A stretch of DNA of 64,000 bases from Felis catus. Taxonomy: Eukaryota. The notes under the pieces are model-generated. The model was not told the DNA's origin. It ran no database searches and saw only the letters and a list, made by a program, of their open reading frames with translations. Location of the stretch: NCBI RefSeq assembly GCF_018350175.1, contig NC_058369.1, positions 28,150,001-28,214,000 on the forward strand, read 5' to 3'. A program made the position numbers and the translations under genes. Shown here piece after piece: positions 38,886 through 52,540 of the stretch (position 1 is its first letter; each line of letters opens with the position of its first letter).

Positions 38886-40781
38886 AAGGCTTGAGATGCC
38901 AGGATCCCTGTCCCCAGCCCCTCTCTTCTCTCTCAAGCATTATCATCAAATATCAAATGCACACAACTGAGGCAAGTCCTCAAGGGAGAGACATGGGATG
39001 CTAAAAGTCTATAATCTCCCAGGGATCTGACCAAGGTAGGGAGTACAGACCAGCACTGCAGGAATGACATTTGAGAGCTGAAAGAAAGGCAGAGAAGAGG
39101 GAAGAGGTCCAAGCACTTGCAAAGGACCCTGTGGAGAAAGGCTTGGTGAGCATAAGAACTAACATCCAGGCCACCAGACAAAGAGCACGGGGCTGGGGGG
39201 AGGGGTGTGGTGGCAAGCACTGGGGACAGTGGATGGCAAGTGACAAGGGGCAAAAGGCATGTCAGAGCCATGCTGGGTAGGGCCATGTCTTCATCCCTCA
39301 ACTAATCAAAAGCCTCTGAAGGGAGGTCACTCAGCTGTACAGGTGTTTCAAAAGCCTTCCCTGGATGCATCCACACACAAATGACGAGAACCTTCTGACC
39401 ACATCAGGACTGACAGGGCACAGCCTTCCCCTACACACTAACGAAGACAAAACCAAGCCTGTTCTGGATCATTCTGTTTGCTCCTGATACATGCCTGCAG
39501 CCTGCCATGAACTGATCACCTGAGCATTGTGCCTGGGTAGTAACTACTCTAATTTCTATCCAAGCTTCATCATTTAAGACAATACATCACTTTTTCAAAC
39601 TTCAGCATGGAAGAGGAACTTTGTGGATACAAACATTTAAAAATGATGCTATTCTCTTCAAAAATCTTTTCTTCATTTACAGGTGGTAGAAGGAGACAGA
39701 TACCATATCACATTATTGAATACCATGGGACATTTGTTCACACTTCCAAGTATTTAGGTGTTATTTCATGTAAATGTTGAGAAGAAAAAAAAATCTGTTT
39801 TTCTTACCTCTTGGGAATCAGGTTCAGTTCCAAAAAAAAAAATTTCTGCAAATTGACAGACAATGATGTATCTCTACTTATTTCTCTGAAGAGAGAATAA
39901 TTTTTCTTATTTTGGTATATATGCATTTAATCACATTGATAAGGATTTAATCACATAAGGCAAACCATGGAAGCCTGACCAAGGATAAGACTTTGTGAAA
40001 TTCAGTTGTTCAGTCACAACTACTTGCCCCTGTAAGTATAATCCCAGTGATAGTGTTTAAATACCACTTTGTTCTCCCCCCATCCTTTCCTCTATTCTTC
40101 CCTTCCTTACTGAAGAGAGCAGGACATATCTACTTAATCCAACATTTATTGGGGGAAAAATGCATAAAATTCTGCATCTTAATAGTCATGATCTTGCCAA
40201 GCCATCCATGCAGGAGAAGTTAAAGCATGCCCAGAGGGATGGCCATGGTTTTGGACATGAGAGTCCAAAGAATGTGGACTCTGCCAAGGCTCTGGCTTTG
40301 AGTCCTCTCTTGGCTTCAGCATCCACATCTGTAAAACACATAAGGTAACAACACCTACCTTACACTCTTTTGGTAAGATTAAATATTTAGCACAGGACCT
40401 AGAATAATAAAGGGGAGTGACAGTCCCCCCCACCCCTGCCCCTACACAAGAATCAGCATAACTTTACCTGACAAAATAACATCCAGGTTGCATTGGACCC
40501 CTGTCCTTTCCAGCAAGACTGTTGCAAAGAGAAGTGTCAGAAGTTTCTTTTGTAGGAGAACATATCATTAGCCCTTTATCTACATAGTGTGGGTGTGTCA
40601 CCAGACATATTCATTTCCCCTTAAATCCTTTGAAAGTGTTGAAGGAAACAAACATAAAACTACCTACTTACTATGCAACACTATGGCAGAACTGAGGCCA
40701 CTAAAAGATCCTCTCGTCTCTTGCTCAAAATGGCATCACCCAAGGAGCAGAAAGAGATCTTTATAGGTCCCCTGTCCTTTA

Positions 40782-40826
40782 GGTCCTGAGTCCTATGCTC
40801 CACCCACTGAGCCAGCCAGGCGCTCC
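40782..40826 (-). mobile_element. 5' fragment of a tRNA-derived SINE
   Basis: Reverse reads ggagcgcctggctggctcagtgggtggagcataggactc (A-box half only). Confidence 0.55.
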
Positions 40827-43652
40827 TCCCCAACATTCTTGACCTGACTTTAAAACCTCAGGTTAAGTCCATGCCATCAAATCTTCCCCTGTCATGAGTC
40901 ATGTTTTAAATAAAGGGGATAATTTGGGACTAACCCTATTTTTAGTAACTTACTAACCTAATTTTATACCAAGATAGCATCATAAGACTTCACCTTTTAA
41001 ACAGTTACTTCTTAGGCCATTTATTTCTTCAAACTCAATTCCCACTCTTTCCATGCTGCAAAGTTTTGTAAATGCTCTGCTTTAAAAGCAGTCTAGTCTT
41101 TGCTGCCTTTCAACAGTATGTTCTTTGTTTTCCCACAGGGAACAGAAAAACACTGATCATCCCTCAAGAAACTTCTGACAGGATAGAAAAATGCATGATG
41201 AGTCCAAAAGCCCCCAATCCCCAAGACATAGAAAAGAAGTTGGGGGGAAAAATTTAAATGCCGGTAATTATCATATCTCAAATTTCAAGAAAAACAAATG
41301 CCTCAAATACCATTATTCATTTAAGTTTTCTGACAACTCGACATTTATCTCCTTTGGTCTTATAGAAATGTCTTTTATTATATTCATTTTACAGAGAATG
41401 AGTACTTTTAATACTAATGAGATGCATGTTCCAAAGTTGATCCTTTTCTTTAAAAATATAAAAAAAAAAGTTGAAAAAGTTAGAGCTGCTATGTTGATTG
41501 CACACCAAAGTATGTTGCAGTAAAGGATGCGAAGGAAACTTAGCAAACAGGTAAATGCACTTGAAAGTGGCACTTCTTGACACTCAAGGTGCTGGTCATA
41601 AGATAGGCACCGATGCTAAAACATCCATCCCCACACAGACAGCCAGTTTCTTCGGTGAAGTTCAATTGCTAACAAACAGTAATTAAAGCCCTTAATTTGT
41701 ATGAGCACTGTTCCAAGATTAACTAAAGGGCTGAGGGGAGCTGGAGGCTGGGAGATCAATTAGCAACCCATTAAAATATTCTGGGAAGAGAGAGAAAGAA
41801 AGGGAGAAAGACCGTGACAGTTCTGAGCTTGGGATACGCAAGTGGAAATAGAAAAGAGGGATGTGAGAGACATTCGTGTGACAGAACCAACAGAATATGA
41901 AGAAGAGTATTTCAAGGCTTACAAAATGTGACAGTGGGAAGACCATAACCTGATGGAACAAGTGGAAGTTGAAGAGATTTGGTGGGAAAGAACCATCTCT
42001 GGAAATACTGAATCGGAGGCATGTGTACATGAAACATAACCTCACAGAGAATTGTAGGTAACAAACAACACTGGAGCCATATCAGAGGCAGACACGTTAT
42101 TTTGGGAGATGGTTATGGAACCTTATACTCAGAACAGGAAAAAGTCATCTCCATAAGTTCCGATGCATTTTTCTCTCTAATACCGGCAATGGCAATGACA
42201 CAATCTGGACAGACACCCTGTCTACTTACTGAGCAATCAAGAGAGAGGAAGTAGATAAGGCTGACAGAGGGCAGAGAGGGTCAATCCTGACCATACCGAC
42301 ACCAAAGGCAAGACTTTCTTCTGGTATAGGAAGCCTAAATAATTTTCATTAAGCTTTTTCTTTCATCCAGGGGAAAATGAACATGTGTTCACATTATAAT
42401 AATTTTGAAAAACTCAGAATTAATGAAAAAATAAGCCACAGAATCTAATCAATGGAACATAGCAACCAAGGATGGATCAAGCCCCAAAGAGCTTCTGTCA
42501 TGCTCATAAGTAATAAAAAAAAAACAGCAGTCATGTTTATAGACCAATTTTATGAATGGTTTTAGAGTGTTCTGGGCATTCCACAATATTCATTTTTATA
42601 TTACAAGTTTTGCATTTATTAATGATTAGATAAGAAAGTCATGAACTACATCTCCAAAACAGTACAAGTAAGGCACAGGAGGCTTCATTTCACATGGGCA
42701 ACACTTCCAACAAAATGCAGCTTTACTTTTTAATTAGCATTATTTAAATAGCAAAACACAGAGCTGACTGTTACAATGAGCCTAACTATCTGCCACTTCC
42801 CACCTCTAGAACTTGGCTCACTTCAAAGACACTATACTCCCTTGATATAAACCAATCACTTAGGGGGAAAGGAAAATAATAGTAGTAATACCAGCAGCAA
42901 GTGAGGAAGAATCTACCCTGTGCCAGGCCTGCACCAGGGACTCTGTGTTCCTTATCTTTTCAAACTTAACAGCATCTCTGTCAGTTAGGTATTTTGCATC
43001 AGGCATTTGAAGATGAAGAAACCAAAGGTCAGGGAAGGTTAAGTAACACAGTTACTTAAGTATATCCCCCTGAGCTAAAATGACAATGCCACAGGGTCTG
43101 AAAAGCATTGTTTTTCTAATCAACCATGTATTTACATGAAAAACAACAAATAAACATTAAACTCCATGTCACCAGAGAACAGATTTAACCAGGTGGTTAT
43201 TGCTTTGAAATCAAAGCTACAGTCTCACCAGAAAACCACACCAGCAAAGCACCAAAGGGCTGAGGAGTTGGAGAAGCAAGTGTGTGCTCAGAACTCCAGC
43301 ATGCAATGGAGGAACTGGTTGGCCTGTATCTAGCAACCCATGTGGTCAGTACATAAGGGCAAGGTGAAGGGTACCAGTTTTGTGGTCATTTACACACACA
43401 CTTAGATCCCAACTTCATGGGCTTGTCCCAAGAGTGAATCTGCCCACACCTCTTGTTCCTCTAGTGTAAACAAAATGGGGGTATTAAAGCATCAACCTCC
43501 CTGCTCTGTGGTCAGCATTCCATAGGAACCTACACCCCTAGCACTTAGCACAAGAGCTAGCATGCAATTCACTCAACAGCACAGTTGTCACTGTCATCAC
43601 TGATGGCTTGGTAGTAACCATGACCTCAAGGAGTTCAGAGCAGCAGGAGTAG

Positions 43653-43683
<31 letters not shown>

Positions 43684-43937
43684 AGCCATGAAATCAATCA
43701 CAGTAGTCTTCAAATTCTAAGTCTCACCGTTAGGGGGGATGGCTAACCATACCTATGTATGGTACCTGAACACTATTGTTCCTGGGGTTAAAATATAAAT
43801 GAAAATCCTCCCCTTGCAGGGGACAGAGAAATCGAGCTGTTATGTCAAAAATACCACACATACGTAGACCCTGGAACACAGGAAGTTCTATTACTGACAG
43901 TATGAAGATGCTTTAAACACTAAAATCAGGCAACAGT

Positions 43938-44246
43938 TGTGGGAGATGGTGTTGGAGAAGTGAATAAAATACACCGAAGATGGCCGATGGGGCTAAAACA
44001 GGCTCTGGTCTCTAGCTTAGAGACCCCTCCTCTGGGTTCTTCTTCCTTTGTTTGCTGTGCACGCGAAAACCCCCACAGATATGGAAGCTGACGACTATAA
44101 ATTACCCTCCCCACTTGCATTCGGCGCTCAGACCTTTGGAGAAACAGTCTCCTATGAGCCTGCCGGTGTTGAATAAATCTCCGATCCACCAAGATCTCCA
44201 AGTGCTGCTTGGTTTTTCCACCACGTTCCAGCCTGGTTCCATAACA
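43938..44246 (+). mobile_element. ERV 5' LTR (~0.3 kb)
   Basis: TG start (43938; alternative tgtt at 43950), TATAAA 44096-44101, AATAAA 44172-44177, ends ataaCA just before a primer-binding site; CpG-rich. Confidence 0.85.
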
Positions 44247-44861
44247 TACCTGGTTCCCTGATCGGGAAACCCAACTGCACTGGCCCATTGTTGCCACCGG
44301 TTTGGGAGAATGGCGAGGCAGTGACGGGGAGCGAGGGATCGTAAGGGATAAGGCGTGCCCTGCCTGAATTTCGGCAGTCTCCTTCTCGGTTGCTTCAGGC
44401 CGGCCCCACTCCGTTGTTCCCGCTGGACTCAAAGAGACCTGGTAGGTGAGGACCTGGACCCTACATCGGAACCAGTAAGGTTGGGTTCCCAAAGAAGTCA
44501 GGCCCACCCAAAAGGGTGGAAGGGGGACGTGATCAATCCCCGGAGGCCTTAATAGGTCTCACAGGTAGAAAATTTTGCAGGAGGGAACTTAATAGACTCT
44601 GGTGCGTGTGTGCGTGCGTGCGTGTGTCTGCCTGTCTGTGAATGTGAGGCTCGGCCAGGCTTGCCAGTCGAGTTCAAGTTTGTGGCTCTACAGACGGGCA
44701 CCCTTAAGGTCCCCAAAAGTCTATGGAGTCTGAATGGGCTCTTCTGTGTCGTGGTGAGAGTATAAGGTCTAGGGTGGTATCAGATCAGATTCTGTGACTG
44801 GTACCCTTGCCATAGGTACCCAAGAGGGGCACCCATTAGTCTTACGTAAACCATATGAGCA
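44247..44861 (+). mobile_element. ERV (class I/gamma-like) leader, truncated before any recognisable gag
   Basis: PBS, donor-like AG|GTGAG at 44444-44450, gtgtgtctgcctgtctgtg tract typical of gamma-like leaders; GC content falls after ~44860. Confidence 0.75.
44251..44268 (+). promoter_or_regulatory. Retroviral primer-binding site, tRNA-Glu
   Basis: TGGTTCCCTGATCGGGAA is 17/18 identical to TGGTTCCCTGACCGGGAA, the complement of the tRNA-Glu 3' end; 4 nt after the LTR CA. Confidence 0.9.
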
Positions 44862-46029
44862 ACAGTGGTTCTTTGCAAGCCTTTTTCCTGAACAAAAGGA
44901 GAGCAGATTCCTTTATTTATTGCTGTTTTCCAGAAACACAGGGTTTGGGTAAAAATTAACATTACCCAAAACAAAACTATACCTATAGAGTTCAGTGCTT
45001 TTAAGGAAAGAATCTACTGTTATATCAAATTCAAACAATCACCTTCCTTTTTCCTATAAAAATAAGAAATATGAAGAAGAGTAAAGAAAGTCTGTCATTA
45101 ACCTATAAAGAGGGGAAAAACAATTTTAACTACTTGAGGATTTTACTTTTTTTTCAGTTTTTTTAATGCAATTTCATTGATTAGAATGTTTCAGACACAA
45201 TCTCAAAGATAACAAATATCAGAAAAAATGGCTGGTGCACAAAATGAAGACTAAGAAAATTAGCAAATATTCCACTCTTTCCTATTATTATCCACTCCTT
45301 TGCTTTGAAGGGAGATGCAGAGAAGGAAATTGAGTGTTTATGTTCATCTTTGAGTTTCTAAGGGAATTGTGTCTTCTATTAAATCTTTGATATCATTAGC
45401 TTATGCATACTGATGTATGCTACACTTGCCAGGTATCACACTCACTACATTATGTAGTACCTACTAGAGGTTTCTGCACAGCCCAATGAAGGCAGTACCG
45501 TTAAAATATTTCATAAAAATTTTGCAAGCTAGAACTACTGCAAAGAATCCTGCATTATTATTCTGATATGTAGATCCCATGCCAACGATTACCTGAAGTT
45601 TTTATCTATAATAATCAATATAGTCATGCAAATACAAACACATATAGAATATATACTTGTATGTTTTAGGAATCAAGTAGAGGACATATTAATCATTTTT
45701 TATCTTGATGGGCAGGAGGCTCACAGTTGGATTTAATGAGTAGTTTGGAACCTACAGTTATTTCACCCAAACTTCTCTAACAAGAGTTAGAGAAGTTCTA
45801 ACTTCTATCCTCTATCCTCTGTCCTTCTATCCTCTTGCTGATATGAATGAAGGCGAATTATGTTGGCTGGGTGTGAGTTCTGCATACTCACTTCAGAAAG
45901 CAGCAAGTGTACACAACACACAGAAGGACAGATCTTCTTGGTCAGGAAACACGTAGCAATTTGGTCCTCATTGTAGAAACAACAGCAGCAACAAAAGTAG
46001 TAACTAATAATAGTAAGAACAACAATTAG

Positions 46030-46240
46030 GGCAATAATAAAAATTATGGCCCTGATGTGCTGGCTGCTCATGACCTGCCAGGCACTGGGTGAGCCACTTA
46101 TTTTGTTATCAGATTTCATCTTTAAGATCCCCATTTAGAGATGAAGAAATGAGATGGAGAGTGAAGTTAACATAGCTACCAAAAATGGGAAAGAGGAATT
46201 GACCCTAGGCAGTATGAAGGCAGAGCCAGTGCCATTCACA
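46030..46240 (-). mobile_element. MIR SINE
   Basis: tgccaggcactgg...atccccatttagagatgaagaaatgag...aattgaccctaggcagt. Confidence 0.6.
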
Positions 46241-48107
46241 ATAATTGGATTTAATGGCCAGAGTCCTGTACTGAACAATGTGTCAGAGAATAATCTTAGT
46301 CGACAAATTCAAGAGTAAGGGAGTCAAGCAGATTAGAATGAACTTCATTTTTGAAAACATTTCACGCTTTTATATGACGCCCTCACCTCCAAACCATGAT
46401 ACCTAACAATGATTATTTCAGTGCTCGGTTCCTCTTTTAGCAAAGAAGTCATACTCTATAAACAATAGAATGAGATCTAGTAATGTCATTAAAACCACCA
46501 CCATTTATATACCAGGCCCTATGCTATTATATGTAAAGCAAACAAAAGGTATTACATATAGACTTTTCTCCCTACTATGTTGCATGTCCCTTCATTTATC
46601 CTGCAAAATATTTTACACGTAACAGTAATTCAGATTTTTTTGCATTAGTAAATAAATAAACAACAGAGTATATTGAAGCTATAGAGAAATTATTCATTAG
46701 ACATGCTCAAAATTCCCAATGACACAGAATATAATCACGCCATATATCAAATCCAAGCCACATGCCATGGAGTGTGCCACTGAAATAAAATGTAATGTAA
46801 CTATTGTTTTGGGAATAACAGACAGGATCCAGTAAAAGATACTATATTAATTATATTGTTTTCCATGGAACTTCTCTAAGGTTGCCCAGGACAACAAGAC
46901 TGTAGAACATTCATGATGAAACTGTCAAAGAGGACTACACTTGAGGGACCTCTGGGAGAAAAGAGATTTGAAAATAATGTACTGCCTGCCCATGGTGCAG
47001 ACGTGCCTGTCTCTGCAAGTATGACCACATTATTGATTCTCCAAGGAAGAAAGGAAATATGACTTTGTCCCTTAACTGACATCAAAGTTATAGTGCTATG
47101 CAACAGTGCCCAAAAGCATTTGCAAATATTTTTATTCAGATACAAAGCCTGAGTGTCCTAGAAGACATAAAGCTAATTGATTCAAACTGCAGTGGTCTGG
47201 AGACAATGAAAATCTGTGGCAGAATGGGGTAGTGGGACATGGAGGCAGAGGAGAAGTAAATATTTGAAATAAACAAGTCCCTAGAATTAAAGGCCTTGAA
47301 ATTCTCTAGGAAAAAATGAGGGACTCACAGATATTTTACCTTTCCATATACAGACCCCAAACTATGATCAGTAATGGCAGTGAGATCACAGAAAAAAATA
47401 AATAAGAAGTCTGTCTCCACGCTGAAAATATAACTATTTCAAGGACAGTTTCCCTATCATTAGTCATTTGTCTAAGACTTTATTGACCAGCATGAAGACG
47501 CACAGTAAAGGACATATTTTTGCACAACCATTCAAGAGTATTCTCATTATGATGGCTATCTCTAAAATATATGCTATCAACTCTAATGGGAACTGAGAAA
47601 GGTACAATTTCCCAAATATGATAGAAGGTACAATAAATATTTACAGAATACTTAAAATCAGTGTGTGTAAAATCAAAAATGAAAAGTAGATGACTCAAAG
47701 CTGGAATTTCCAATAGGAAACTTTATTTTGTTTTGTTTTGTAATTAGAGGAAGAAAGATCAAGCCGTATGTCAGATGCAATTTAGTTTTTTCAAAGCCTA
47801 ATCTAATCACAAAATAGAGGGTCACAAAGAGAGCTGAACAGATCATAAAATGCATATAGTTTTGTGCACTACAAACAACCACAATCCCTTGAACAATTCC
47901 CCCAAAGCTGCCTGACATCAAACATCAGTTAGTTTAGAATCCATCAGCAAATTTAGGATGCCTCCAAAGGACCTGACAGGTTAGGCAAAAATGCACTGTA
48001 CACCATCAGTTCTTTCAGCGATGACTAAAGATCTATAGGTCAGAGAGGGGCAGGCTCGGATGTTTCCTCCATTAATTATTTAAGGTAATATTCTGGATGC
48101 TAGTAAA

Positions 48108-48271
48108 TCCTAGCATAAACCCTTTTATGCTTCAAAGATGGGCTTTCAATAAACAAACCAAAACACTTCTCCAAAAAAAAAAAAAAAATCCTAGCATAAA
48201 CCCTTTTATGCTTCAAAGATGGGCTTTCAATAAACAAACCAAAACACTTCTCCAAAAAAAAAAAAAAAAAA
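48108..48271 (+). repeat. Perfect tandem duplication, period 81 bp (65-bp unit plus A16 / A18)
   Basis: 48108-48172 is identical to 48189-48253; each copy is followed by an A tract. Confidence 0.97.
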
Positions 48272-48544
48272 GAAAGAAAAAAGAAAATCTGATGGCACAT
48301 ATTTTTCTTCCAATGGCCATCCTTTCACCAATAAATTTGGATTGAATGATATATTTTGGGTCAACATACAACAACAAGTGGGAGGCTTTCTCTCGTTTAT
48401 TGCACACTCTCTATCCCTATGACCCATCAGCCAAGATATCCATCCTGGTTACCTGACTACAGTTGATACAGAGCTTTGGATAAGTATGTTCATCATGACT
48501 AGTAATGATGACTGGGTTTAAAGGTTCTTTAACCTAGTTTTGTT

Positions 48545-49200
48545 TATTTTATTTTTATTATGGTAACCTTCAAACATATAAAGAAATAGACCAGTAAAAT
48601 CAATCTTGGCAGACCTACCACCTTACAAAAATGACCAAATCATGGCCAGTCTCGTGCTGTGGACAGTCTTCCCCTAATTCACTCCCCAATCTTGTTTAGA
48701 TGCAAGTCACAGTCACCATAGAATTTCAACTTAAATATATCTGTATGTATCACACTAAAACACAAGGACTTAAAAAAAAACATTAAAAAAAAAAGAACTT
48801 AAAGGGGCATCTGGGTGGCCTCTGGGTGGCTAAGCATCTGACTTTGATTCAAGTCATGATCTCACAGTTCATGAGTTTGAGCCCTACGCTGGGCTCTCTG
48901 CTGACAGCTCAGAGCCTGCTTTGGATTCTGTGCCTCCCTCTCTCTCTGCCCCACCCCTGCTTGCGCTCTGTCTCTCAAAACTGAACAAAAGTTAAAAAAA
49001 AAATTTTTTTTAAAAACTAAAAATTAACATATGAACAATATTAATACGCTTTAAGTGTCTTTTAAAATACCTAAAAAGTTAACAATGACAAAAATTAACA
49101 ATGTTAACTACCTAGTAAGTGTTCAACTTTCCAATGATCTCATAAATATCTTAAGTACAAACTTAGTTGTTGTTGTTTTTTTAAATCAGTATCGCCAGTT
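48545..49200 (-). mobile_element. Old L1 (L1MC-like) 3' fragment interrupted by a SINE
   Basis: ttttattatggtaaccttcaaacatataaa...catggccagtctcgt...aaaattaacaat resembles L1MC 3' ends. Confidence 0.55.
48804..49016 (+). mobile_element. CAN-SINE
   Basis: Head with duplicated tctgggtggc; CT tract; A tail. Confidence 0.93.
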
Positions 49201-52200
49201 ATTTTTTAAGGTATTACAACTTCTCAAGAAAGTTGATTTAAATGTGTGTTAAGTCACTGTTCTATTGCTCTTTCAGTCAGCTTACAAAGTTCAAGTATGG
49301 ACTGTCAGCTTCCAGAAACACTAGGAGGGACCTGCTAGAGACAAACCATTTCTAACCAAATAACTGCATCATAGGCAAATCGGGTCACCAGAAACCCCAC
49401 TATGTGATACATGAGTTAGTATTTGCTAAGGACTTTGTGTGCCAGATCCTTAACCAATCTCTTTCAATTCTACTTCATTGAATCCTCATGACAACCCCTG
49501 GGAAGGTTTGATGACTTGAACAAGGACACACAGCTAGTAAGGGGCTGAGAAAGGGACTTACCCAGACAAGTCAAGCCCCCAAATTCCTGTCACTGATACC
49601 CTACCCATCCCTTGGGGACACAAATGTGAGAGCTCCATGAAGGAAGGCAAAAGCAGGAAGAACATTCTGAGCCAGTTGCAAAAGCTACTTAAAGCAGAAG
49701 GAGAAGCTGACTCTCACTGACTGCTACAATTTTATAATTACATTTTTTCTAAGCTTAATTGCTGCTCAGAGTCAGAAACATAAAAGGTAAAATACTATGC
49801 AAGTAGGGGATCCACATACAAAACAACAGTGAAGAATCTAAGTGCCGCTCACCTCCCACGTCACATTCCTTTGAGAGGGTTTTGAAGACAAAGCAGATCT
49901 GAAGCGTACCAATTAATAACTATAGTTACATCCTTCTATAGGTTACAGGTAATCTATTTTGAATTCATTTCTCAATTACTTCATGCCTGGGGTTTTCTGT
50001 GATGCCTGGCTATCTCAAACCTGCTCATGGAGAGAAGGAAGCCCATCGTAAAGTCTAAACACTTCATCATCACATTTTATAGTACCAAATACTGAGTCCC
50101 AAGTTTAACTCATTCTCAGACAACTCAGAGACAATAAAGTCTTAATGCCACGCCACTTATACAGCAGTTTTGACTCTTATTCCCATCTTCCTTTTCCTGT
50201 TATCCCAAAGATATAGTCAGGTAACAAAGTTCATTATCCAGAAAATCTGTTTCTCCAGCCAAAGCAAAAGATATTTGAATGGACATTCTAAGTGCCTGTT
50301 CAAAATACCAAGTGATTAGAGGTTCTTTATTCAGATATTTACAAGACCCTGTGTGGAGCCAACATTCTACAATCCAGATGCAAATGCTCGGTGAAGAAAG
50401 GGAAGCCTAGAAAGAAAACCCACCCGAGGCCCCTGGAGTTATTCAAAGCGTAAAGATGAGTGCAAGGTTCATTTAATAAAAAGCTTTGCTAAGTGATCAC
50501 GAAACCAAAACAATGGTAGGGGTTGGGGGTGCGCTTGCTGAACAATCACTTAGTTCCAATGATTGCACTAAAACGTTGTATTTGAGATGCTCAGTCTGTC
50601 AACATATTACGTCCCCCTTATAGGCACGGCATCTGTGTCCTAGCACTAGGACATGTTTGGTTGTTACATGTTTTCTTTCACTTGCGCAGTTTAGGGAACC
50701 TCACAGCAAGGTTTGAAGATACTTTGCGCTTGTATCTGATTCCAAGTAACCATACATATTTATTCAACTTTCATTGTAGGACCATTCAGAGGTAACATTT
50801 ATTAAAAGATAGGGCGCATCTAGAAGCTTCTCATGTTGGGAGAACAGGGTCGTGGAGGCCCTCTGTGGAACAGGGGATTAATTCTGTGATCGCTGGATCA
50901 CAGGAAGGTCTAGGGGATGAACCAGGACAGCTACAACAACAGAGTTGAGAGCATTCCAGAGAACTCAGGGCAACAGCTATATACAACAGTAACATTTTCA
51001 TATTTTAATAACCAGTATGGCTACATCAGCATTTATGACTTAACAGAATCTAAGTAACCCTGTGTTGTCTAGTACTATATAGATAAGCAAGTCTAAGTCC
51101 CACGGTCAGGCAACTCTCTGAACAATATGGTGTATAACAAATAAATATCATGTAAGTTTTACATAAATAGAAAATAACAGTTTACCTCGGACTTCTCAAA
51201 AGTTTTTGTTGAAAATGTAGCAAAGAGCTAACGTGTACAGATTCTAGAAAAAAGCGTTTCCAATTTACTTTCTCCAATTCAATAAGCATTACTGTTTCAT
51301 ACATGATGGTTGTTTCATTGGTCACAAACACCTAATAATATTTAACTCTCTCATTCAAGTTGAAAAAATCAAAAGATCTAAAGAAAAACCAGGAAGAAGA
51401 GCTAGAGGTAAAATCAAGATAAAAAGTTTGTCAACTTTTTTAGGTAAAACATGGAACTGTAAAGATTTCCTGAATAATTTGAGTGACTGCAAAGAAAGCA
51501 TAATCCACCTTCAGTAGTTTCTCCATTTTAACACACGCATCCCACACTTCCTGCTACACAGAGGATTTCCATGGTGGATCAAGGGTTGGACTAAATGATG
51601 TTAAATGGCTTGGGATTTCTGAGAGAAGGCAAGAACAGTGCTGAGAGGTATTAGGGGAAAAAAACCAAACATGCTGTCATGATGCATAATATACAACAAA
51701 TAACACTGGTTAGAAAAAAAAGAATCTTATTATCTTCCTTAAGTAAATATCATTTCCCTCCAGAACAGGTACAGAGTTCTAACATAATACTTCCTATTCA
51801 TTTCCACCTCTTTCTCTCAGAGGTATGGGTCCTCCTGGAAAATCTGAAAAATCAAACTCAAGTTACCACTGAGTTAGGTGGTAAATTACCCTTAGAAGGC
51901 ATAGAAAAACACATATGATCTCATTAGAAAGTGTGTGCTAGTGCTTTCTATTTCTTAGAAAGCAATCAAAACCCCGGCTTGCAACGCTGTCCAATTTAAT
52001 GGGGCATTAGTTAAACTCTCTTTATCAGTGTTTGAGTTTAAAAAACACACTGAATTAAACAAGGACACCAAGACTATGATCAAATTTGAGTTTTCTTGAA
52101 TCTAGCTTATAACCCTTTTGGCCCCGACAAGATGTAGCAATGACCTCACATACATTAACTAAGGCCACCTGTGCCCACTCACTAATCATTCACACCTGCT

Positions 52201-52540
52201 TCTACCATTCTACTGCTAAGATACTGACCAGAACATCTGCTCATTTCAGATAAAGATTCTGCACACATCTAAATTACATAACGGGCTTTTAAACTATTCT
52301 TGCAAAAGGAGAAGCAGTCAATATGGTAATCTGTGAGGCTTTCTGCCTAATTTTCATTAGCTTACGCTAATTTCTTTTCCATCTTTGGAAAAAGAGCCTG
52401 TGCTTATTTTCATCACCAAAAGACGGCCATGCTCACAGCCAGCCAGAAAGCATGACAATTCCTTCCACTTCAAATTTCCTAGGCACAAAACAGGGAATAA
52501 CTGAAATCATTTGCTTGGAGTTTTTATTACTCTGAGCAGT

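Noticed and set aside
43926..44507. Longest ORF (193 aa, minus), antisense to the ERV LTR and leader
   Set aside because: Non-ATG start, no recognisable domain, and GC-rich LTR sequence is poor in stop codons.
6343..50903. Scattered 8-9 bp stem hairpins (6343, 9124, 34892, 50884)
   Set aside because: A handful are expected by chance in 64 kb, and they share no sequence.
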